Shown here in pieces: positions 37,147-48,400 of a stretch of DNA of 64,000 nucleotides. Under the pieces are notes generated by a model. It saw nothing but the letters and a program-made list of their open reading frames with translations, was not told the origin of the DNA and did not search any database. Origin of the DNA: Cenococcum geophilum. Taxonomy: Eukaryota. The position numbers and the translations under genes were made by a program. Location of the stretch: contig CP158635.1 of the NCBI GenBank assembly GCA_050273025.1, positions 31,806,001 through 31,870,000 of the forward strand, written 5' to 3'. Every line of letters starts with the position of its first letter. Within the stretch, counting starts at the first letter, position 1.

Positions 37147-38205
37147 ATGTCTTCTACAGAGATTGTTCGTAAACGGGGTCGCCCAAAGAAGGTTGTAGAA
37201 GCGGAGACCGAATCGGCGTTAACTGTGGAAAATCCGACGCCAGTTAAGAAAACTACTACCAGGAAGGCATCTACAAAAGCTACAAAGGCTCCAACAATAT
37301 CCGGGGAAAAGCCGTCAAAGAAAATAGAGAAATCTACAAGCACAAAGACTGCTAAGAGTGCAAAAGCAGAATTGACGTCAAAAGAAACGTCTAATGGGGA
37401 GTTATCACAGCCGAAGATCGCTGTAAACCCTCCGAAGCAAGCCACGCCCGCAACTCTTTCCACATCAAAGATATTACAAGAGGTGGGAGCGAAGGGAACT
37501 CTCAAAGCAAGCAACTCTTCGGCTTCAGCAAAACCTACCTCAAGTACGACCTCTACAGGCCCCGCCCCTACAACCTCGACTATGAAGCCAGCGCCCACTC
37601 AGACACCAAGCCTAACCGCTCCCGCGCCACTTCCATCAGCCCCAGAAACTTCCTCACCTTCATCCACTTCCTCTAGGATTCCTCAAATGCCACCTTCAAA
37701 ACCCACCGCACCTAACAAATCCGCACCCCTACCCTACCGCTCCAGTAACGCAACGCCTAAACCCTTTAATCCCTCCAAATCTTCTCCTACCAAACCACCC
37801 AGCAGCTCTCTAGAACCTTCACCCGCCCCCGCTAAACCCGCCATCTCTCCTACCTCCCTAAACACCTTCGCCGTGTCCCACCTCTCCGCACGCCCCGGCA
37901 CCACTGGCTCCGGCACCGACAGCTTGCACGGCATCCCCGACGGTCAGCTGCCCGCAAAATACAAGCCCGCGGCGCGACGCATAACAGCGATAATGGTCGC
38001 GCTGCCCATTGCAATAGTGACCAGCTACGAGCTGTACCAGCGGCGTGAGTCACCTCTATATCGGACGGGAAGCAGAGGGCAACTTGCTAACCAATGTGTA
38101 GTTGTGCTAGGTAAAGAGCGGAAACTAATGCCACAAATTGAGCCGTTGCCGGACACGAAGGCTCCGCAAGCTTTCCCGCCTGTGGATCCGCCGAAGGAGT
38201 CGTAG
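37147..38205 (+). CDS. Hypothetical protein: N-terminal AT-hook, K/S/T/P-rich linker, C-terminal single TM segment, ~333 aa
   Basis: 352-codon ORF with a probable in-frame 57-bp intron at 38045-38101 (GTGAGT...GCTAAC...TAG). RKRGRPKK at the N-terminus; ITAIMVALPIAIVTSY near the C-terminus. Confidence 0.8.
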   Translation: MSSTEIVRKRGRPKKVVEAETESALTVENPTPVKKTTTRKASTKATKAPTISGEKPSKKIEKSTSTKTAKSAKAELTSKETSNGELSQPKIAVNPPKQATPATLSTSKILQEVGAKGTLKASNSSASAKPTSSTTSTGPAPTTSTMKPAPTQTPSLTAPAPLPSAPETSSPSSTSSRIPQMPPSKPTAPNKSAPLPYRSSNATPKPFNPSKSSPTKPPSSSLEPSPAPAKPAISPTSLNTFAVSHLSARPGTTGSGTDSLHGIPDGQLPAKYKPAARRITAIMVALPIAIVTSYELYQRRESPLYRTGSRGQLANQCVVVLGKERKLMPQIEPLPDTKAPQAFPPVDPPKES

Positions 38206-38999
38206 ATCGGTTTGTGAAGGTCGCTGGGACGATCTTCGGTTGATGAGATTAAGGTGTTTGGTTGTAAATATAGTTTATATACCCGGATGAATAAGGAAAT
38301 TAAAATTAGAAAAGACATCGTCAGGATAACAGGACGAGTCGATGTAGTCACGAAACTAGTGGCAGAGAGGGGGCGAGCGTGGATTTGGAACGCATTTTTA
38401 TATGCATAGATGTATGGACAAGTCATTCTGGATATGTATATACCCCACTCTCACCAATTATTCCTCTTTTACATGAGTGCCATTTCCGTTATTCACCAAA
38501 CCAAGAAACTCCATGTCTGTGCTCCTCCCTCTACACGCTTGAAAATGCGCCTCTTGTCAAGCGCCTCCGGTCTGTCCTCTGGATGATATTCAACAATAGG
38601 AAAATGTGATGCTCTAAGCATTGAAGAAACAAAAGAAGTAGCCCAAGACACATAGGTTTAGAACGATCGATGCATATCAACAAAAGAAAAATTAGAGATC
38701 GCGATCGTATAGATTTCTATCAGGTTCTCATAAACAAACCTAAAAACTCCAAATCAGTCCAATCCAGTGCGATGCGCAACCATCATGTCGTCCATCGCAA
38801 CGCATATGCCCCAGTCCAAATGCGCCCACCAAAAAACTGCAGTAACGAAGAGAACTTGATCTATCCTATCCCTTGGCACGGCAGGGTCATTTGCTAAGTT
38901 CGCTTTATATTGACGACTGGATTCAATTGGATATTTATATTAACCCAGCTTTTCCGATTGGTGATTCTTATCGATAACCTGAGGACCCAAATTGCCGTG

Positions 39000-41881
39000 T
39001 CAAGGGATACTCCTACCCAGACCCCGTGATTCGGAACTCCCGCTCTTCCGCCTTAACATCATGCCTCTAGTGCCAGAGATATCAAGAAGTAAATCCAAAC
39101 CGGGGCCTTGCGCACTGCCACGCCTTGACCGGTTCCTCTCTTTCTCTGCATTCTTGCGATCCTTTTTCTCTTGCTTGCCTTCCTTCTTGGTTTTCCTAAA
39201 TGGGCCTTCCCTGCCTGAAGTTGAAACGGCTGAAGGAGTTTGAGTAATCGTCGGGGCAAATGGGGGGGTCGGATCCTGCGGTCGGCTCTGAGACTCCAAT
39301 TGGATTTCGGGTTTTGCCAGTCCTTGCATCTGTGCTAATGGCTGAGGCTGGCATTGGTTTTCCCTCTGGGTCTCAGGGTGAACAGCTTCCTCCCTCGCAA
39401 TATTCGCAAGCGGATGAAAGAGGCGCTTGTACCGCAGCTCTGGGGTGCTGGGTGTGTCTACCCTGACGACTGGAGGTACAGAGGCCTGATTAGACTTGAA
39501 TGGCATTCCAAGGTTTAGGCTGCTTGAGTTCCGGTTACCGATACCGTGTGTAGTAATTGAGGCTGTGGCCGGCTGAGAAGCTGAGGGAAAGAGTTGGCGG
39601 GTTGATGGCCAGAGAGTCGGTAGTATGATTGACGGGTGTGATGGAGATGACGGTGGAGAAGGCGAGGATAGTAAGTCCGTTGTGTCTGTTTCGCAAGCGG
39701 ATTCTGCACCTGAGGAAGAGGAGGGATCGGCTGCTGTGGTTGGGGAAAATGTGTCCAAGGCGCCGAATTGATGAAACTGGGTAGCATCAAAGGACTGTGA
39801 TGACCTCCTTGTAGGATGTGAAGAAAGGTACGGCTTTGAAGGTTGCCCATTATGATTATTGGGTACAGTACCGTGTTCAAAACGTGTGATCTTATGTGGG
39901 GGTCTGCTGGCACGGCGGCGAACATATCGATCATCGCCCTGGGAAAGGGGGCGGGTGAAAGTGTTTAGGCGAAGATCTACTTGGCTGGGGCTGAAGACTA
40001 CATGAGTGCGTAGCTGCCTGATTGCTTCGTCGAGAGCGAGCTCAATCGCAACGTGATTCTTTACGCGGGAAAGTTTCGGCCAGGTCGCGCGCTCGCCAGT
40101 GAGCATGGACTGCAACATAAATTCAGCCGTAGGATTGCTGAGGACTTTTGGAAATTGAGCGTAGGATATGGCCGGGAAAATGGTAATGTCACCAGAGTAG
40201 CGTTGATTGAGTACCGATCTAGCTTTCGTCAAGTAAGTCGGGAAAATTCCCAGTTCGGTGAGGACATGAAGACGATGTAGAGCCTCGCCTTTTGCAAGGT
40301 TGGCCATGCTATGCAGCCAGCTCGGGCCTGCAGCGAATGCGGAGGGAGATTGACGGGCTTCTGCGGCAACGTTGTCCTCTTCTTTCGCAAGGAAAGGCAC
40401 AACATGGGGATTGACCTGGGAAACTATGAAATGATTGACATTGAACATCTCCGCCAATCGTGTCATAGGAAGATCGTTGTCTACGGATCCGTCAATCCAG
40501 CCAGCGTTGGGTGCTGGGTTCCATGGGACTTCTTTGCCAGTTTTTGGGTCCTTTGCAAGGAGTGAAGCTGCTGAGAAGACAAATGGCACCGAGCATGAGG
40601 CGGCCCTAAGGCGTATCAGCAACGAACCGACAGACTTAAGTTGAAGCAGCCCTATTACAAATGCGGGAACATATCAAACACCTGAGACAAAAAGAGAATA
40701 ATTGAACTTACACTGCAGACCAAATCATGACATTAGGGGCTGTGACGTAATTGAGCAATCTGGGTAGCTCGTACAGGCTCGCACTCGACACGGTAATGTT
40801 CAAGATTCTTCGGGTCCGGTTGTAGGCCTCCTGAAAGGTCATATCACCAATCCTATTCCTCATGACAGTAACTAGGTGGGTGATATCAAAGAGGGCACCG
40901 TGTTTGAGGAAGCGTGCCGCTTTGTCCATGACACCATCTTCCTGCCCCTCTTTGCTAAAGACTGCTAGGTCTCCATAGCAAAACTCCTGGAGTACATCAG
41001 GGATTTCGGCATCTGTTTTAGTACAAAGTACCGCGCAAACTATGCTACCAGCTGATGCGCCGGAGATGATACGTGGCAGGAGGCGAGCTTGCCAGAGGCT
41101 TTTGACAACTCCAATGTGATTCATGCCAAAAGTCCCACCTCCTGAGAGAAGCAATGCGCTTCGACCAAACGATTGACGCGCAGCTAGAAGCTGTTCGAGC
41201 ACAATCCTTGGCTCTACGCATGCATTATTGCTCTGTTTCGCCGACACATCCAGCAACGCCGTGAGAGTTTTTTGGGCAGATTCAATATAGCGTTCTATCA
41301 GGGCCTTTGTACCAATATGACAATGTTTGTAGAGCCTGAGATCGCCCATGCCTCCAAGACCACGGGTTAGGGATGTTCGGATGAGGAAGAGCATCTTGTT
41401 AACATCGCAGCTCATACAGGCTTCATTAAGTTGCTTGAGGCGGGCCTCGACTAAGGCGGCGTCGTACTCTGCAGATTCATCCTCATGTTTCCAAGTATCA
41501 TTGCCCTCAAGCATGTCGAGTTCTGTGGCAGCTATTCGCCATTCTTCATATGACTCGGCCTGAAAACCGCCAGATCAATATCCACAATTGTTATAATTGG
41601 AATGGTCCGACACTCACATTCCTCATCCGCAAATATAGAATCTGTTTGCGACTGTCATCATCGGGACCAATCGGGGCGGCCGGCTCAGAAGCATCCTGGA
41701 ACGTCCCGACTGCGCTTCCAATTGTTCCCACAGGGTCCCTCACAAGGTGTATAAGAGGTGTGAGGAAGCCGCCATGGCTCTGGCTTTTCCTCAATCGTCT
41801 CTGATTATCTTTCAGGTCGGCGCCTCTGCCGGAATACAACCTGGTCGTGCTAGGCAAGACGGAATCATACAGGAACGACAT
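39000..41881 (-). CDS. TGL4: Patatin-like triacylglycerol lipase (Tgl4/Tgl5 family), ~905 aa
   Basis: Exons 41881-41618, 41559-40712 and 40605-39000 (2718 nt, in frame). Motifs LSGGGTFG, GASAG nucleophile, WIDGS catalytic Asp, FNVNHFIVSQVNPH. TGL4 versus TGL5 cannot be resolved. Confidence 0.92.
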
Positions 41882-43736
41882 GTGTGAGCGTTCGCCATGC
41901 GCGGGCGCGAGTGTGGCCGTGGGAGAGGCCTGGTGGAAGCGAGTGATGCCAGTATATGTAGGACGGTTGCACACTATATAAGGAAAGTAGAAATAGAGAA
42001 TGCGGAGTGGTGTAGGTAGAGTTGAAAGTACATGTAGTCGATTATGCAGCTTAACTAGGTCATGCGCGAGACAGAAAGCACGATCCACAGCCGGCGTCGG
42101 GAGCTGCGCGGCAGACAGGCCGATGATGCAACTTGTGGATATTCTTCAGTGCGGGTGAGTGTTGATCAGGCGCGCTGCTTGCTTTCATTCGACTGGGCTA
42201 CCAGCAATACAAGCCACCAAAGGCTGACTGCGAACCAGGGGTATCCAATGCGAGATGACACGTCGTCATGGGTGCAGCAGCCGAGAGCGACCGCAAAATC
42301 CAACAAAGGCGGACACTTTCTGACAGCCATGCCAGGTCTCACCATCTTTGCACAAAGAGCGCTGTTCGAATCCATTAGATTAGGCCATGTCATCTGCCCT
42401 CCCGCCTGCAGAAAAACACCAAAAAGAAATGACCGCGAGCATCAACCCTCCCTTCCGGTATGATTTCCCACGCATGCGCTGCTGGATTCCGCCAGGAACC
42501 ATACCTCCTGTCACTCTGATTCGGCAACGGTCCATTATGGAACCGGCACCGGCAGGATGTGGTGGTGCTTGTCACCACGGATGCATGTGAGATCCAATCG
42601 ATTCAGGTAACCATTCTTTCGGATATTCCTTACTCGACATGTAGGCGCTTGCCGAAAGGGATGTGGGGCAGACATTTTGATAACTATTTCCCAATAAGAA
42701 ACAAAGTCTAGATTCTCTCCAATAAACATCGAAAACCCCGTCCGCTCATTTGTCTTCCCTACAAAATGGTTTCCAAATACTTTCTGGGGCCATCATCAAG
42801 GACTCAAGCTGCGCAAAATGATATTATGCTGAATTCTTTCGGTTTTGGTAAGCTGAGGGGTCGTACAAGGCCGCTCACCCTCAACCGCAAATAGCTGTCA
42901 GCTGGGAGAAGTGATGGTGTGCGCTTGAAACTAAGTCTAGTCATCTTCACATGCGCGGACACGGGCTGAGGGTGGTAATTCCTCTTCTCCAGGCATCGAG
43001 TTCAATCAACAACAACGATGAACACACCTCAATAGGGGGGTTTCGATGGAGCGATATATTCGTTCGATATTTAGTATGAGCAAGTCGAGACGAGCGATCG
43101 ACACCTACTAGCAGTATTTAGTTAGTCGTTTAAAATATCGAACCTGGTTCTTGGCAAGTATCATTTGAAACGATGTTATATAACATTAAAATCTTTAATC
43201 GTTCACACGTTCTAATCGAGCCTTCTAAATAGCCTTATATTTTCCACATTTTGCCTTTACTACTATGCCTTTTGTTGGTAGGGGGGGGGGGTACTTGGGC
43301 AGTCTCTTTGAGGTCAGCGGCGTGTCACGCGAGAGGTCACGTGACAGCGCGCGGGCCATCGTGTAGTTACTTTCTCGGGCCATCGAGCCCCTTAGATTCT
43401 TCCTCATAGAGTATCATATATGTCATTTCCACTAGCCCACTTAGTAGCCTAACAGGTTATACTGTAAGCCCTCTTGCAGCTTCAATTAAAGCTCTATTAG
43501 CTACCATTTTATTTTTTAATTAACTAGTTAATATAAAGCTATAAATCCTTAAATTTAGAGCCGGGTATAGTGCGATAGAAATTTATAATAAACCGATATA
43601 GATTAACGCTACGCATAATATAGTTAAACCGATTAATTATTTATTATGGCGGACATAGTATAAAAAAAGAAGGAATACTATAGCTCCTTTAGGGCTGTTC
43701 CTATATTAAAAGGGAAGAGTAATTATAAAGAATAGT

Positions 43737-44159
43737 TATAACGGAACCTTGTAGCAAGTACTACGATAGGCTCATTATTGGGCTAGGTGTATAGGTAATG
43801 CAAATTAAAGTCAACAACGTAATAATAACTAGTGGAGTGGTTGCCTAATAGATTAACTCTAATTATATTCTAAGAATTACTATAAGGAAGGAACTATCTA
43901 AGTAGGGACTAAGGGTCCTTAAATACACAACCGTACTCCTATAAAATCCTTCTTATATATAATATATATATTATACGTATTATACGTACGTTCCCTTTAT
44001 ATACTACGTATACTGTGTATAACGTTATATAACCTTAGTTACTATTCCTTATTATATAGCTCTATCAGCTCTATCTTAGACTATGCTTAAATTAACTGAC
44101 TAGCTTCTTCCGACTCTTCCCTAAGTAGTTATAATATTGTACTTAAAGCGTCCGTAACA
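43737..44159 (-). repeat. 3' LTR of Gypsy host copy B
   Basis: Homologous to 19868-20287 and abuts the PPT. Confidence 0.8.
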
Positions 44160-45216
44160 CTATCTCCCTCCTCTTTATCTTTGTCCTTAAAGATCCTAAA
44201 TATCTTTAAGTTGTTTACTTAAGGTGTAATATCTATCTAATTAATTTAGTTAATATTATTACTTATTATACCTAAAGCTCTTTCTTCTTTATAAGCGTAA
44301 CGTCGTGCTTATACTATTACTGCGATATTATCTCTTAGTAAGATTATACCATTTTTATATTCTCGCTATTTAAAAAAGGGGTTAGTTTACGTTATATTGG
44401 CGAACCTATCTTCGTAATAACTGTCTTCCTACTTAGAGTATACTAAAGCGAATATTCGTTTGTCCTATAATATTTACTCTATCTTTAATACTAAATATAT
44501 ACGACCCATTACTCTTAATAGTCGTCTAGTTCCCTAATTAATTTATTTTAGGGTCTTATGTTTAATCTACTGCTACGTAGCTAGATAGTAAACTATCTTA
44601 GGCTCTTACTAAGCTAGAATGTTCTCGTAATATAGAGTAGAAGGCCCTTAAAGCCTATATTATAGCATCCGCTTAGTTACTCTATCTTAAGAAAGTTTAT
44701 AAAAAGGTTTATTTTAAAGAGTAAAAACTTATAAAATAAGGTCTATAGGAACTTAGTAATAAAAGAATAGACTTTCTTCTAACTAAGAAGGAAATAGATC
44801 TAAGTAGTTCGGCAACTGCTCTTCTTAGGTCCCCCTTAGGTAACTTATTTTTTAGTAATCCTTTTTTATTAATACTGCCTAACCTAATCTCTTCCGATAC
44901 TCCTATACCTTTCCTATAGCATTTTTTAGGTTCTCTAGTAGCTCCTAGGTAGTCTTATTATAGCCTATCTACTTAATCTTATACTATATTTTATTGTTAA
45001 TATCCTTATAATTAATAATTTTTAAAACTTACTATTTATCTTCTTCTTATCCTTTATACGTGTCTGCCTTATAAACTAGTGGCTTAATATTCCTATATAC
45101 TAGCTCTAGTATTACGATATACTATATAGGGTAGATTTTTATTTTAGCTAGTAGGTTTAACTTAAATATAACCGGTAAAATCCTTTATTTAATTTTAAAA
45201 GGTCCTAGTTTAATAT

Positions 45217-45435
45217 TGTATGATTACAGCACGTGGTACACCAAACGCGTGGTTACGCGTTTGGTGCACCAACCACTTAGGTGCTGACTAATCAGGGGGA
45301 GGCGCGTCAGTATATAGACCACGTAGTCTACCTCAATAGAATCGACAGTCACCACCATCCCAAAGAGCATACGATACTATACGTATTTCGTGCCCCGGGA
45401 TATAACTCACTTATATCATTAAGTTGATACAAACA
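45217..45435 (+). repeat. 5' LTR of the Copia
   Basis: TG...CA, direct repeat of 51058-51276. Confidence 0.93.
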
Positions 45436-48400
45436 CTAATCAGTGAGCGCGCACAGATCAGCAATCACTCGACACCTCCCCCCGAGCGATACACGACAGC
45501 GACCACCCGTTTAGACTCCTAGTACGACCTGCTAAAAGGTCGGAAGCCGGGGATTACGGAACTATTACTAACTCTATATACTTATTTAAGTCTTAGTACG
45601 GTTTACCGGAAGTTTATAGACGCGAATATAGACCTTTACAGAACCCCCTATTCTCAACCTCCTTCGAACCTCAAACCTTAATTCCTACTACACCCTCTTT
45701 TAACACCTATAACCTCTTTTCAGACCCCTTATGGAGACCCCTTACCCTTCTGCGAACTATTACGTACCTGTTAATTACCTTTACGGACCATCGTAAGACC
45801 TCTCGAACTATTACGGACCCGTTAATTGATTTTACAGACCGTTATAAGACCTCCCCCACCCGTTACAAGCTACTACCACCCGCTACGTACTATACTATAT
45901 AGTATAGCAGATATAAGCAAGCAGATTAATAAAGGTCGAGAGAAATGGAGACAAGGAGTCGACCTTACGTCTATAACTAACGTTAACAACTATATTAAGT
46001 ATAAAATCCTTAAATACGGATATTTTAAGCTTATGAATAATAACCTATAGGAGTAATATAAGGAAGACTTTGCGGACTTTACGGAAGATATTCTTAAAGC
46101 TTGTAACCCTATTACTATCCGTAACCTACGAACCCTTTTACATCACTAAGGTGTATAGGTTAAAAAGGATAAACGAGTTATTATTATACGGTCCTTATAT
46201 AACACAATATAGGAGGAGGACCAAACAGAATAGACTAAAGAGGAAATCCTAGACTAGGTTAAAGTTACTAATAAACTCTTTACTTCTCCTAAACTTAATG
46301 GCATCGCTGGCCTTATACCTAACCTACTTAACTAAATTCGTCCTATAAACCTAAGCGATTTTGGAATTAATCTTACGGGCTAAAGTATACCTAGTACTCA
46401 AGTTACGGACCGTAATACCCCCATAAACCAAAATACGGATTAAAACCCTCCCGTCGCCCAAGCCACAGATCCGCAACCTACCTAAGTCACAGATCTGAAA
46501 ACTACCTAAGTAAAGACCTACGGTAAGGAGCTAGTTAACCTAGCTAAGCTCTATACCGACAAATCTAAATACAGTAGTAAAAATAACAACTTTAACTTTA
46601 AACTGACTATCTTTACGGACCTCTATTAGAAGGCTGATATTCCTAAATAGGAGTTTAGCCAAGCCTACTCTACTATGCTGCGCGGCCTAGCATTTGACTA
46701 CTACTATACCAACCTTAAGAATAACCCCCTTAGTGTTCCCTTTAATAAGCTATATAAAGCCACATGTAACTACTTTAAAGGACCGGAATATAAGCGTGAT
46801 ATCCTTACCTAATAGAATGCGACCAAGTTACGGACCGTAATGGACAAGAATACTAAAAAATCGACTATAGAGTGCCTGCAAATCCTTATTAAAGACCTCC
46901 GCCACCTATAGCACGGTCTTAATATTAAGCTTTAAACGGATGACTTCCTGCATAATAAACTTATTACGGCTTGCTAGGAAATAGAACCTTGTAAATACGC
47001 CTATTACAAGCCCGCAGACACCGTAGCTGGCCTTATTAACGATTTACGGTCCTCCATTATAACGTATAAAGCCTTAAACCCGCTAGGCAGTACTTAAGCC
47101 TTCGTTACGGACCTATAAAATCTGCAAACCGACTTAGATGCCTACTTTACGGACCGCCGCTACCGCTAGCAGCACCCGTATTAACTAGGTCCTACCTGTA
47201 ACCCCCGCACCAACTCCTGTATAAAAGCATACCCCCGTAAACAAACTAATTAGAGGTGCTTTGTATATGGTAAGGAAGGATATTAGTTTATAAGGTATAC
47301 CCAGGAAGAACATAATAAGTCTAAGAAGAGATTTAACAATCGGATTAACTAGTTTATCTTAGACTATAAAGGAGAGGAAGCGGAGGAGTCCCTTAATAAG
47401 TTAATGGAAGCCCTTATAATTGACTTTAACTTAAATACTTAGGAATAGGAGACCTTAGAGATATTCCTAACCACTTTTAAACCTTTTACGGACGGCTAAG
47501 CCTTTAATATTACGACCGTATTAGCCGACCGCTCCTTTATACACTTAATTGCACCCGAAAACTAGCCCGTAAATATACCCGTTAGACCTGTTACGGACGT
47601 TATGGACCGCGAATAGGACCTATTTATATATATTACTATAGAACGCTATACCCTTAAAGAATTCTATAGCGTTATAATCGATATAGGTGCCTCTAAGAAG
47701 TCTACTATAGGTTACGGACAGTACCTTATATATAAGACCACCGTAAATAATAATACGGATATTAATACTATGCAAACTGGGGCCGTAAACGTCTAATTCG
47801 GCATTAGCTTAACCGTATTAATTGGATTAGTTAAAGTTAAGACTCTAATTAGCCTAGTTAACTTCCACATAGTAAAAGCGGATATCCCTTTCCTACTCTG
47901 CCTTGCGGATATAGATAGGTTATAGGTCTACTATAACAATATTACGGATACCTTAATTGGCCCTATAACTGCCCTAGGAAGCAAGCATATTACCCTACCA
48001 ATTATATAACGATTTGGACACCCGTTCCTTATATAGGGAGAGACTTTACGGACCTATATTTAGGAATCTTTTAACCACAACCCGTGCTACCTTACTAGTA
48101 CTAAAATCTACCGACTGCACCGCTGTTTTAGCCACCCGTTAGCCGAAAAGCTATATAGAGTCCTTAAACGCTCTAGACATAACGACGTTAATAGGAAAGC
48201 AATTAACCACCTAACCAAATACTGCTCTTTTTGCTAGAAATACGGACGTTCCCTAGGCAGATTTAAGTTCACCCTTTATAAGGACCTTAACTTCAACTAC
48301 TTAGTATACGTGGACATTATATATATTAACGGCAGTCTAGTATTATATATAATTAACGAGGCAACCCGCTATTAAGCCGCCCGTTGGTTACAAAATATAT

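Noticed and set aside
24148..41881. Biosynthetic cluster or Starship cargo
   Set aside because: No backbone enzyme or captain-type recombinase; the genes look like unrelated housekeeping functions, and the only recombinase belongs to the Ngaro element.
24148..42729. Many short antisense or overlapping ORFs in the ORF track
   Set aside because: Mostly shadows of the real spliced genes or intergenic chance ORFs; no motifs.
43033..43226. Possible MITE (TAGGGGGGTTTCGA...TCGAGCCTTCTA)
   Set aside because: TIR match is weak and there is no convincing TSD.
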